IMG/VR virus record: IMGVR_UViG_3300015050_000913
Span: 5,385-69,384 of that record
Reading direction: 5' to 3' (one strand)
Source of the DNA: a virus
Taxonomy: Duplodnaviria > Caudoviricetes
Length of the DNA: 64,000 nucleotides
Position 1 is the first letter of the stretch; the number at the start of each line of letters is the position of its first letter. This document shows positions 27,157 to 36,331 of this stretch, one piece after another. The notes below the pieces were generated by a model that had not been told where the DNA came from, did not search any database, and saw only the letters and a program-made list of their open reading frames with translations. Both the position numbers and the translations under genes were made by a program.

Positions 27157-28332
27157 TTAACCCCATAAAAATGTAAGCATACCTGAAATGGCAGATGAAG
27201 CAGGGGTGGCAACACCACTACCTAATGCAAAGTATAATGCAGCACCATCATAAATTCTTGGCATAGACGGGTACTCAAATAAAAAGTTCCTTTCACTTGC
27301 TAAACCCAATGTACTTAATGGGAATCTGCCAATCTCCTTAACTAACGCTACCGTATAAGTTCCCGATACATAGTTTGTTGAATTTTGAATAGTATTAATC
27401 TCTGCAATACCACTGTCACCTGATTGCAAAGGCATCATAAAATTATATTTACCAGTTCCCGTTGCACCTGTGTAAAGTATATGACTGTTTGATGCTGCCG
27501 TTTTACCAATAGGCAACACTGTTGGAGTAGCCCTTGATGCTGTCTGTGCTGAATTGGTATAGCCCAATGAAAGGTTAGGAGTAGCTGCACCCATCGCTGT
27601 TGCAGCAGGATTGAAAAATATAGCTTGTACACCTGCACCATTTGTATATCTTGGTAAAAGCCATGTTACGGTATGTGTTCCCGTTCCGGCATCGGTAATA
27701 TTAATTTGTGTACCTGCAATGGCATTAGCATAAGAGGTAGCCAATTCAAATGTTCCATCACTCATTCTTATTACATAGTAATCGGTTGCTGTTGCTAATG
27801 GTGCAGGTAAAGTTGTTGTTGTTGTAAGCCTTACCCTTGTACCTGTTAAAATATTACTTGGCAAACTTGTTACACTTGTATAGGTCATTAAATCCGTTCC
27901 TGCATCTGCTGTAAAAGTTGCACTACGTCCTAACGTATTGGTGGTAGCTTGTGCTGATGTGGTAGTAACGGTAGTTACCCGATAAAATCCTATTACATCA
28001 AGCAAAGCTACTGTGCAAGGAACAACCGTTGCTGCCGCAGAAACAATATGACCACTTAACAGAAACTTATAAAAACTTGATGCCTGTACGTTACCGCCGT
28101 GTTGTAAACAACCTGCACTTGCCGTTGAATCTTCTACTGCCTGAAACGTAAGGTTAGCCCCTGCATCAAAGATAGCATCTGCCGCAGGATTACCAGCCCC
28201 CCTTGCCATCATGTGCCATTCATTAGCTACTGCTGCTGCTGTTGGATTAAAGTTTTTACCAAAAGAAGCATCCCATTTTTGACCTAAACTAAGTGCGTTT
28301 ATTATTTGGTCATTACTTGCAAAACCTGCCAT
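27157..28332 (-). CDS. Structural protein, paralogue of 28353-29213
   Basis: Shares MAGF start, LPRYT.G.GVQ, YTNS and LQ.GDSG. Confidence 0.65.
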   Translation of the reverse strand: MAGFASNDQIINALSLGQKWDASFGKNFNPTAAAVANEWHMMARGAGNPAADAIFDAGANLTFQAVEDSTASAGCLQHGGNVQASSFYKFLLSGHIVSAAATVVPCTVALLDVIGFYRVTTVTTTSAQATTNTLGRSATFTADAGTDLMTYTSVTSLPSNILTGTRVRLTTTTTLPAPLATATDYYVIRMSDGTFELATSYANAIAGTQINITDAGTGTHTVTWLLPRYTNGAGVQAIFFNPAATAMGAATPNLSLGYTNSAQTASRATPTVLPIGKTAASNSHILYTGATGTGKYNFMMPLQSGDSGIAEINTIQNSTNYVSGTYTVALVKEIGRFPLSTLGLASERNFLFEYPSMPRIYDGAALYFALGSGVATPASSAISGMLTFLWG

Positions 28333-28352
28333 AATTATTTATTTTAAATTGT

Positions 28353-29213
28353 TTAACTCCAAATTACTTTTAAATCCCCTCGAAGTACTGTTGCTGCCAA
28401 AGTTCCCAAAGGCAAACATAACATTCCTAAAAAGGCATCATCATATATTCTTACTAAATCTGTTGTTGGTACTAAATAGTCTTTCTCGTATGGTACGGTT
28501 ACTTCCCTAAAACAATGCTGTGCCAATGGCTTAATCAATACCAAAGCAAATAGCCCTGTATCAACTCCTAACATGGTAACGCTTTCAATGCTTCGTACAC
28601 CACTATCTCCTAACTGTAACCCAATAAACGGATTTGAAGCATTTACTATTGCAGTATTACTTCCAATCACATTACCTACAACTGTTGATGTATTCATGGT
28701 AACAGTTTGGCTTGTCCTACCTGCAACTCCATCTGAATTGGTATAAGTAAAAAAGAATTGCTGCCCACCTGTTCCTGCATTGGTTAATATTGCCATTACC
28801 TGCACACCTTTACCGTCCGTATATCTTGGCAACGTATTTACATTGGTCATTGTTTGTGCATCTGTTGTTCCCATATCCACAAAAGGATAAAACAAAAGAT
28901 AATCACAAAGAATAGTATTCATTGGCAAAGCTGTTACTGCATTAGCCATTGTGGTCATACACCTTAAATACTTTTCAGAAGGAGATACATTAGCCCCATG
29001 ATACAAACCTCCATCTGTTGATTGCTTTAATTGCGTAGCTGTTGTAATTGCACCAATATAGTACTGTGGTGGTGGCATACCGGGGGACATAGAAGTATCA
29101 AACCATAATCCTGATATGGTAGTTTGAGATGGAGTTTTACGCCAAATATAATTTCTTACATTGCCGTTAATTTCAGCATCAATAACTTCCCCTATGGTTT
29201 TAAATCCTGCCAT
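28353..29213 (-). CDS. Structural protein, paralogue of 27157-28332
   Basis: Same shared motifs. Confidence 0.65.
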   Translation of the reverse strand: MAGFKTIGEVIDAEINGNVRNYIWRKTPSQTTISGLWFDTSMSPGMPPPQYYIGAITTATQLKQSTDGGLYHGANVSPSEKYLRCMTTMANAVTALPMNTILCDYLLFYPFVDMGTTDAQTMTNVNTLPRYTDGKGVQVMAILTNAGTGGQQFFFTYTNSDGVAGRTSQTVTMNTSTVVGNVIGSNTAIVNASNPFIGLQLGDSGVRSIESVTMLGVDTGLFALVLIKPLAQHCFREVTVPYEKDYLVPTTDLVRIYDDAFLGMLCLPLGTLAATVLRGDLKVIWS

Positions 29214-29217
29214 TAAT

Positions 29218-29367
29218 TTATGCTTTTATACCACCACTTGCTCTTATTACAGTAGCTTCCATGTTGGCAATTATTGTTGCATCTTCGCATTTACAAGCCT
29301 TTATTGGCTTTTCATTTGGAATAACTATTACAGCTAAACCACATTTACTACATGAGTATTTTTCCAT
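29218..29367 (-). CDS. 49-aa Cys-rich microprotein (CSKC...CKC)
   Basis: Translated by hand; fills the gap between two structural genes almost exactly. Confidence 0.55.
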   Translation of the reverse strand: MEKYSCSKCGLAVIVIPNEKPIKACKCEDATIIANMEATVIRASGGIKA

Positions 29368-29369
29368 TT

Positions 29370-29780
29370 TTAACTTTCAGTTGCGGTCAATGATGAAATA
29401 GCAAACTGGGCTTGAATACCCGTAGAAATATCTCTACTTGAAGTCAAAGCACCAAAGTAAATTAGCTGTCCCGCCCCACTTGATGCTGTTCCAATAGCCA
29501 CATACGTTACGGTATTTGACCCTGACGAACATTCGGGGAACTGAATAAGCCCCGTATTAGCCGTTGCTCCTGCTGCTGCTGCTGAAAAACCAGTTGCTGC
29601 TGTAACTGCTACCCTTGCATACGAACCAAAGGTAGCCTCATTGGTTGTTTGGTCACCTGCTGCTCCCGGTGTCGCAGTATGCAATGAAACGTATCTTGTT
29701 GCCCCACTTCTCCACGCAGGGTCAACTGCCCGTAATAGGGCATCTATTGTGTCGTTTGCTGTTGTTTGTCCTTTTGGCAT
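29370..29780 (-). CDS. Small tail/fibre-associated structural protein
   Basis: YVSLHTATPG, SYARVAV and IQFP motifs typical of small phage tail proteins. Confidence 0.6.
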   Translation of the reverse strand: MPKGQTTANDTIDALLRAVDPAWRSGATRYVSLHTATPGAAGDQTTNEATFGSYARVAVTAATGFSAAAAGATANTGLIQFPECSSGSNTVTYVAIGTASSGAGQLIYFGALTSSRDISTGIQAQFAISSLTATES

Positions 29781-29785
29781 ATTAT

Positions 29786-30223
29786 TTATTTTTTATTGTT
29801 TATTAAATTAGCTTGTTTATAATTTACTTTTACTGATTCTGTCGCCCCACCATACGACTTTACTAATGTGAATGTATCAGGTAATAATCTGTTTTCCAAT
29901 GCCTCAATTACCTTGTTATTGCTATCCACTATTTCTTTGCATAATTCTTGCACCGAAGCTACGAAATCTTTTGGGTTTAATTCTACGTTTACCTGTGGTT
30001 TTTCTTGCTTTTCGTGCTTTGGCATATTTTGGATTGCCGTAACCAATTCACCAATTTTACTACCTTGACCATTAATAGCCTCTACTATTGCACTATCATC
30101 TTTACCTGACATAGCAGTAGCTAACTTAACTAATAAGCCTTTTAGTTCATTATGCCTTCTTTGTTCAAGTAAGGCTTCAAACTTTTCATCTTCTATGTCT
30201 TTTTCTTTTCCCATTATAGACAA
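29786..30223 (-). CDS. Hypothetical coiled-coil protein
   Basis: 145-aa ORF. Confidence 0.6.
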   Translation of the reverse strand: MSIMGKEKDIEDEKFEALLEQRRHNELKGLLVKLATAMSGKDDSAIVEAINGQGSKIGELVTAIQNMPKHEKQEKPQVNVELNPKDFVASVQELCKEIVDSNNKVIEALENRLLPDTFTLVKSYGGATESVKVNYKQANLINNKK

Positions 30224-33200
30224 TCTATGAGTTTTCTAATTTGCTTATACCTTTCCTTTAATTCATTGTGTTTTTCCCTGTTACCTATTGGGTCTTTGGA
30301 ATTAACCAAATCTTCGGTTTTAACCAATTCCAATTTTAGGTCAGGCTTACTTACCTTATCTATCTCTGCATCTCTTTCCGCTTCAAGTTTGGCTATTAGT
30401 TTGATTGGTTGTTCTACCTTACCTTCTTGGGTGGGTAGGAGTTGTTCTACTGCTTTTACAAGTTCAGGATTTGTACCGTCTTTCTTCGCTTTGTGGTAGG
30501 CTTCGGCAATATTTTTAGGGTTAACTTCTTTAATGGCAGAATTATCTAACACTATAAAGCTATTCGGTTTTGCCTCATAATACTTGCCGCCGCCTTGTGG
30601 ATGATATGGCTCATATATAATCCCATCAAACCCATTCGCCTTTAGTGCATCACTAACTTTTTTTGGTATTTTCCCATTTAATTTATGGGCATTGATTGAA
30701 ACACTTTGGACTTCTTGTTGTTTATTCCCATCCTTATCATAATAATCATAACTACCATACTCTTTTTCTAATTTCAAATCAGTTATTAATTTATTAACAG
30801 CGGCAAAATTCGGGTCGTCTTTCCACCATACACCCTGCGTTAAATTCAACGGATTTTTAAGGTCAATAATGGCAGCATATTTTTTACCATTATCCCCTGT
30901 ATAAAATGATGCGTAATCTTCACTTGTAAAGTGTGTGCCAAAATCAAGCTGCATATTTGATTTTCTGTCTTTACCTTCTTTTGGCTTACCAAATATCAAT
31001 TCCTTATTCTTACTCCCATGAAAAGAAACATTGGGCATCTTACTTAAATCGGCATTTTCAAGTGCTTTAGCAGTTGCTTCCACATCTCCCCCTACCCCAC
31101 TACCTTTACCTTCTACTACATTAGATGGTTGTTCTTTGGGTTTGTTGGAAACTATAAATTCATATTGACTACTCCTTTCTTTAGTAAAAAAGCCATCCCC
31201 ATAAATAGTGTTACGAATTGCTATTATATCGTCAAGCGGTATTTCTTTTTCTATAATTTCATATTTATCTGTTTTTTCTCCAGCTAAATCAGGTCTATCT
31301 CTAAAAGCCTCTGCTACCGATTTACGAGATGTCCAAGAACTTGCATCCGATTTATCTTCCTTACCTTTAGTTTTTGCCCTATATAATTTTATTGTATCCT
31401 TACCTGTTTCTTTTCTTATTTCCTCAATAATAGGCTTAAAAGCAACTTTCATTTTATCTAAATCCCTTTTAAACGAATTAGCCTCAATAACCACCCCTTC
31501 GGAAGAAAGTTGTTTATCTATATCTTCTATTTTATTATACAAATCCCCATCTTCATTAAACAGCCTGTCCTCAACTTTATTGAATTTATCTACTACATCA
31601 CCTACTACATTAGGCTTTTCAATTTTTCTAAAAGTTACTCCATCTTCTACTCCAAAGGATTCAAAGTCATAATCTGTTTCGTACCCTGCTTCTTCAAGTT
31701 TTTTATTAAATTCTGTTTTATCGTTGGCTTCCCCATATTTATCTACAATATCTTTTACGTTTTGTGGTAAATCTTCGTAACCAATATTAGCTTCTTCTAC
31801 ATTTTTAGTTTCGGTAGGTGGTGGTACATCTTTACCTATTGGTACTCCTTGTTCATCAATTTTTCCACCTGCGAAGTTTTCGGGTAATGGTTCGGATAGT
31901 TTGGTATCTTCTACTTTTGGTGCAACTTTGTTTATTGGATTGCCTGTTACTTCGTCTATTTCGTATTTTAACGGGTCGTTGGTTTCGGTTATTTTTTCAA
32001 TCTGTTTATTATACGCTTCAATCTTTTGTTCGTAAACTGCTCTTTGTGTAGGGTCTTTGGTAGCCATTTCTGCTGCTACATTATCCCTTGCTTGAATTAA
32101 TCCTGCTACTGATGCTTGTGTTTCGGGTTTTAATCCATCGGCTGTTTTGGCAAGTGCCACTTTATAACCTTCAATATCTGCAATGGTTTGTTCTGCTACT
32201 TCGGGTGGTATTCTACCTGCTTCTACATTGGCTTGAAGTGCTGTTTTAATTTCAGAAGTGGGAGTATCTTTTAGTGCATACTTCATTGCTGATTTTATAA
32301 CTTTTGGCAAAGTATGTACGCCACTAATAACACCGTTCAATATTGCACCTGCTGTTGCATTTTCAGTAAAAGCAGTTGTTATTTCATCTATGGCTTCATC
32401 AGTTTTTACATTATATCCTTCTAATTTTCTTTCGGCAATTTTTGCTGCTGTTGTACCTGACATTATACCACCTAAATGAACGGCACTTGAAGCCACACCT
32501 TTCATGTAATTGGTCAGTACATCTTTTGATTCTTTTGCTATTGGTAATTTTAAAGTGGTTGTAAATGCAAGTGCTTCTGCTGCACCTAATATACCACCTG
32601 ATATTTCCCCTTGTTGTGCTATCCTCATTAAATCTTCATCATTAGACAAAGGATTTTCCTGCTTTAACTGCTGATACCTTGTCAATATCTCATCCTTTGC
32701 ACCTTGCTTTATCATATCGGGTGCTGTAAGTAATACAGTAAGGACAGGTGCTACTCCTACCAATGATGCACCACCTGTTTCGGGTGCTGCTATACCTGCT
32801 GCTGTGGCTAACGTACCTGCTGCTGCTGCCTTTACTAAATAAGGGGCTGCACCGCCTAACAATTCACCAACTCCACCACGTTCTTCCATGTATTCTGTTG
32901 GCTTACCTTCCATTTGCTTATTGGCATACTCTACCTTTTGCTTGGTATCCATTTCTGCAAAGGCATTGGCTTCATCTTCCCCTTCTACGGCAGTATTGAA
33001 ACCTTTTCTTATCCCTTCCAAAAATCCTAAATTCCTATCCAATCCAATATTACCATCTTTATCTTTATGGTATGTGGCTTCTGCACCATTAATAACAATA
33101 CCACCTATCATGGTAGGCTTTGTTTTTGCTTCAATCTTTTTTCTTTCTGCTTCGTAATATGGTGAACCTTTACCTGCTACAATACCTTTTTGTTTTAATA

Positions 33201-33660
33201 CCTTTAAGGTAGTGTTATCAATAGCCGTTTCCATATCAATCTTATGCTGCTTCTGTCTTGCTATTGCTTCATTGGCATCAATATCTGAAATTGGTTTTTC
33301 AATTTTGGTTTGGTCAAGTATCGGAGTTAAAGGAATTTTCCTTAGTGGAGTTTTTATCTGTTCTGCAATGGCTTCTTTTTTCTTAGTATCTGACAAATCA
33401 AGTCTTTCAGCTTCTAATTTTGGAGGCTGATTAAATTGTTGTCCTATTGCAAATGGATTGTCTTTTGGATTTGGTGGCTCAATAGATACGCTTGATTGGG
33501 CTTTGGAACTTCCAACTACGCCACCAGTACCACCACCAATCTGTGCTGTTGTACCACCTTTTTTTTTTACAGGTTCGTCAGAAAAAAAAGATTCCTCTAC
33601 TACTTTTGTAGATGATGATTCAAAAAAATCTTCGTTTACCTTTTTAGAAGGATGCGCCAT
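30214..33660 (-). CDS. Large polyvalent/ejected protein with two ADP-ribosyltransferase-like domains
   Basis: KLYRA..SSWTS..VAEAF..QYEFIV and FHGS..GTHFT..KNPL..GFDGIIY motifs. Confidence 0.6.
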   Translation of the reverse strand: MAHPSKKVNEDFFESSSTKVVEESFFSDEPVKKKGGTTAQIGGGTGGVVGSSKAQSSVSIEPPNPKDNPFAIGQQFNQPPKLEAERLDLSDTKKKEAIAEQIKTPLRKIPLTPILDQTKIEKPISDIDANEAIARQKQHKIDMETAIDNTTLKVLKQKGIVAGKGSPYYEAERKKIEAKTKPTMIGGIVINGAEATYHKDKDGNIGLDRNLGFLEGIRKGFNTAVEGEDEANAFAEMDTKQKVEYANKQMEGKPTEYMEERGGVGELLGGAAPYLVKAAAAGTLATAAGIAAPETGGASLVGVAPVLTVLLTAPDMIKQGAKDEILTRYQQLKQENPLSNDEDLMRIAQQGEISGGILGAAEALAFTTTLKLPIAKESKDVLTNYMKGVASSAVHLGGIMSGTTAAKIAERKLEGYNVKTDEAIDEITTAFTENATAGAILNGVISGVHTLPKVIKSAMKYALKDTPTSEIKTALQANVEAGRIPPEVAEQTIADIEGYKVALAKTADGLKPETQASVAGLIQARDNVAAEMATKDPTQRAVYEQKIEAYNKQIEKITETNDPLKYEIDEVTGNPINKVAPKVEDTKLSEPLPENFAGGKIDEQGVPIGKDVPPPTETKNVEEANIGYEDLPQNVKDIVDKYGEANDKTEFNKKLEEAGYETDYDFESFGVEDGVTFRKIEKPNVVGDVVDKFNKVEDRLFNEDGDLYNKIEDIDKQLSSEGVVIEANSFKRDLDKMKVAFKPIIEEIRKETGKDTIKLYRAKTKGKEDKSDASSWTSRKSVAEAFRDRPDLAGEKTDKYEIIEKEIPLDDIIAIRNTIYGDGFFTKERSSQYEFIVSNKPKEQPSNVVEGKGSGVGGDVEATAKALENADLSKMPNVSFHGSKNKELIFGKPKEGKDRKSNMQLDFGTHFTSEDYASFYTGDNGKKYAAIIDLKNPLNLTQGVWWKDDPNFAAVNKLITDLKLEKEYGSYDYYDKDGNKQQEVQSVSINAHKLNGKIPKKVSDALKANGFDGIIYEPYHPQGGGKYYEAKPNSFIVLDNSAIKEVNPKNIAEAYHKAKKDGTNPELVKAVEQLLPTQEGKVEQPIKLIAKLEAERDAEIDKVSKPDLKLELVKTEDLVNSKDPIGNREKHNELKERYKQIRKLIDCL

Positions 33661-33664
33661 TTAT

Positions 33665-35233
33665 TTATTTTTGCAATGTTACTGTTGTACCGTCCTTTGC
33701 CTTCCATGTAATACCATCAGAACTTGTATAAGTTTTACCGTCTTTGCCTTTTCTTGATTGTAGCTGTGGTTTTGCTTCTACCTTACCACTTCTATTAGCT
33801 TCTCCTTGCTTAACTACTTCTACTTTGGTTGCTGTGTTTGGTTGCTTTGGTAAATTTGTTCCAACAAATGAAAGTGTAGCTATTTCGTTGTCAGCATTTT
33901 TAGGCAATAGTTTACCATCTTCTGCTTTGTAAATCTTATATTCATTTCCATCTTTAGACAAATAAATATTAGCCCCACCTTCTGCAAGTGGATAACCTGC
34001 GTTTTCTACTGTTTGCTTAATAATAGCTTGTTCATCATTTGCCAAAGTACTAAATCTTGCAGCACCAAAGCCTTTTTCAATTTCTGCATCTATCTTTTTA
34101 CCAATCCTTCCGTACAAGTCATTTATATCAACTTCTTTTGCGCCACCTACTCTTATGTTGTTATTGGTTATGTTCTTTGGTGGCAATGGCTGGATATCCC
34201 TCATCTTTGGATTAAATGCACTACCATCAATATTTGATTCTTTTACCCACTCTAATGCGTATGCTTTTTTTAATGTTTGTTTTGCCCTGCTATCAAGTTT
34301 AGTGGGGTCAATATTACCTTTTCTTAAATGCTCACGAAACATTATATCAAATTCTTTTTTCGCTGCGGGGGTTTGTGTAAGTATGCCAAATTCATCATCA
34401 GGCATAACTTCTGCATAATTAGTAGTTCCGTCAGGGTTGTTGCCTAATGGTACTTTTTCTGATTTGTACTTTAGCCCCTTTATTATGTTTGTTTCAGGGT
34501 CTATATCTTGTTCAACAAACACGCTACCTTGACCCGTAAAACCATTATACCTTAACCTGCCATCCTTCCCTCTTACGTCTTCTGATTTGCTTATATTCGG
34601 GGTTGGTAATTTTTTTATATTATCAGCTAATGCCCCACCTAACTTAAATACCGTACCTAATGATTCTTCATCATCTTCTATTTCGGCAATGTAATTTTTG
34701 TTTTTGGGTATTACCTCAAAGTCTTTATCTTTTACTATTGCCCCCTTTTCATCTCTTTCAAAAAGGTCGTCTGCAAGTTTTTTGTAAGCCTTGTTTCTAT
34801 ACGCTGCAATGTCAACCCCGTTACCATAAGTTTTTTCAACATCTACAAGTCCTTTATCTATTTGGTCTTTATAAGACTTAGTCAACTTTGACGTTTTATC
34901 CAACTTTGGCAAAACATTCATTGCGTATATTTCAATATCCTTCAATGTTTTACCTTGATTCTGCATTTCAAGCATTTTATTTTGCTCTCGCAGTAGCATT
35001 GTATCATCCCATGTATCTACTTCATTTATTCCCGTAGGGTCGTTCTTTAACCCTGTTATATAATCTGTGGCATCCTTACCTTCTTTTTGTTTGGCTGTTT
35101 GTTGTTGCTGCTTTTGTTGGGCAGCTAATTCCTTATCTCTTTGGTAATAGTTTGCAGCCGCTAACTGTGCATCTTGCGTTTGCACCGGAATTGTTGGCCC
35201 GTAATCTTGTAGTATGCTTCCCCTGCGTGACAA
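33665..35233 (-). CDS. Putative internal virion protein
   Basis: 522 aa, Gln-rich N-terminus, in the ejection-protein block. Confidence 0.55.
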   Translation of the reverse strand: MSRRGSILQDYGPTIPVQTQDAQLAAANYYQRDKELAAQQKQQQQTAKQKEGKDATDYITGLKNDPTGINEVDTWDDTMLLREQNKMLEMQNQGKTLKDIEIYAMNVLPKLDKTSKLTKSYKDQIDKGLVDVEKTYGNGVDIAAYRNKAYKKLADDLFERDEKGAIVKDKDFEVIPKNKNYIAEIEDDEESLGTVFKLGGALADNIKKLPTPNISKSEDVRGKDGRLRYNGFTGQGSVFVEQDIDPETNIIKGLKYKSEKVPLGNNPDGTTNYAEVMPDDEFGILTQTPAAKKEFDIMFREHLRKGNIDPTKLDSRAKQTLKKAYALEWVKESNIDGSAFNPKMRDIQPLPPKNITNNNIRVGGAKEVDINDLYGRIGKKIDAEIEKGFGAARFSTLANDEQAIIKQTVENAGYPLAEGGANIYLSKDGNEYKIYKAEDGKLLPKNADNEIATLSFVGTNLPKQPNTATKVEVVKQGEANRSGKVEAKPQLQSRKGKDGKTYTSSDGITWKAKDGTTVTLQK

Positions 35234-35258
35234 TATTTTATTTATTTATGGTTTAAAT

Positions 35259-35825
35259 TTACTTTCCACCCATTCCACCGCCACCCATAGAACTTAGTCC
35301 TGCCCCCCATTGCGAAATGCTATCTCCCCCACGAGTTCTCATTTTATACTGTGTCATTGCGGTATTTACTTGGTCTTGCCACCTGCGTACACTATCATCA
35401 AAAAGGTCTTTGTGTTCGGTTGTCATATCCCTATTTGCACCCATTAAATTTTGTTGCTTCATGGCAGCGTCTTGTGCTTCTTGCATGGCTAAGTCATTGA
35501 ATTGTTCGCCTTCTTGCCCTTGAATACCTGCCATCATAGCCAACGCTTGACTACTGTCGGTTACATTTCTTCCAATCCCTGCCCTTGCGTTTGCACCAGA
35601 AGATTGGATATTTCTTTCCCTTGCCGACATCCCCGCCATGCGACTGTTTAAAAGTTGCTGTGCAATACCTAAGTTATTCGCTGCGTATGGCGAACTTGTG
35701 TAAGTAGGGTCTGTCTTTAACAGCTTATCTAATTTCTTGTCAGCTTTGATGCCTGCAATGGCACTAAAGATGCCACCAACTGTGGACATAGCTGTGTTAG
35801 TAATACCGCCTATCATTCCTGCCAT
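35259..35825 (-). CDS. Gly/Gln/Met-rich pilot/ejection-type protein
   Basis: Gly-rich amphipathic termini and helical core. Confidence 0.55.
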   Translation of the reverse strand: MAGMIGGITNTAMSTVGGIFSAIAGIKADKKLDKLLKTDPTYTSSPYAANNLGIAQQLLNSRMAGMSARERNIQSSGANARAGIGRNVTDSSQALAMMAGIQGQEGEQFNDLAMQEAQDAAMKQQNLMGANRDMTTEHKDLFDDSVRRWQDQVNTAMTQYKMRTRGGDSISQWGAGLSSMGGGGMGGK

Positions 35826-35828
35826 GAC

Positions 35829-36302
35829 TTAATTTTTTATTTGGTTATTGTAACATTTCATTCCGTTGCTCATATCCTGCAAAAACTTAAACCCACATTT
35901 TTCAAAAAGCCTTTGTGAAGCTAAATTATCCTTTGCTATACTTGCACATACATGGTTTATATTGTTGTATGCTGTGGATAATCTTACCAATCCGTTTACT
36001 GCTTCTGTACCAAATCCTTTGTTCTGAAATTCTTTTTTTGTATAGATAAATACTTCTACTACTTTATGTTCTGTTGGTGGGCAAATATAACCACATTCTA
36101 AAACTTCTTCACCTTCGTAATAGCCTACCCATGATGTGTACCAATTTCTATTCTTTTCATCGTTTTTCATTGGTATCAGGGCATACTTTATAAAGTTTTC
36201 CTGTTCTTCCACATTGGTTATCATACCCGAAAAACTATATACCCTGCTTACTAACTGCTCGTAACTTAATGGTACTATATGTAGCCTCTCTGTCCGTATC
36301 AA
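35829..36302 (-). CDS. GNAT acetyltransferase (RimJ/RimL-like)
   Basis: RTERLHIVPL, FQNKGFGTEAV and NLASQRLFEKCGF motifs; TTG start. Confidence 0.75.
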   Translation of the reverse strand: MIRTERLHIVPLSYEQLVSRVYSFSGMITNVEEQENFIKYALIPMKNDEKNRNWYTSWVGYYEGEEVLECGYICPPTEHKVVEVFIYTKKEFQNKGFGTEAVNGLVRLSTAYNNINHVCASIAKDNLASQRLFEKCGFKFLQDMSNGMKCYNNQIKN

Positions 36303-36327
36303 ATTTACATTACTTTTTAATACTCAC
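36300..36327 (-). promoter_or_regulatory. Late-promoter motif, copy 2 (GTGAGTATTAAA-N8-TAAATTTG)
   Basis: Same 28-nt geometry as copies 1 and 3. Confidence 0.6.
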
Positions 36328-36331
36328 ATTT

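Noticed and set aside
35973-35981. Perfect DnaA box (TGTGGATAA)
   Set aside because: Single copy inside the GNAT coding sequence and far from the replication genes; consistent with chance.
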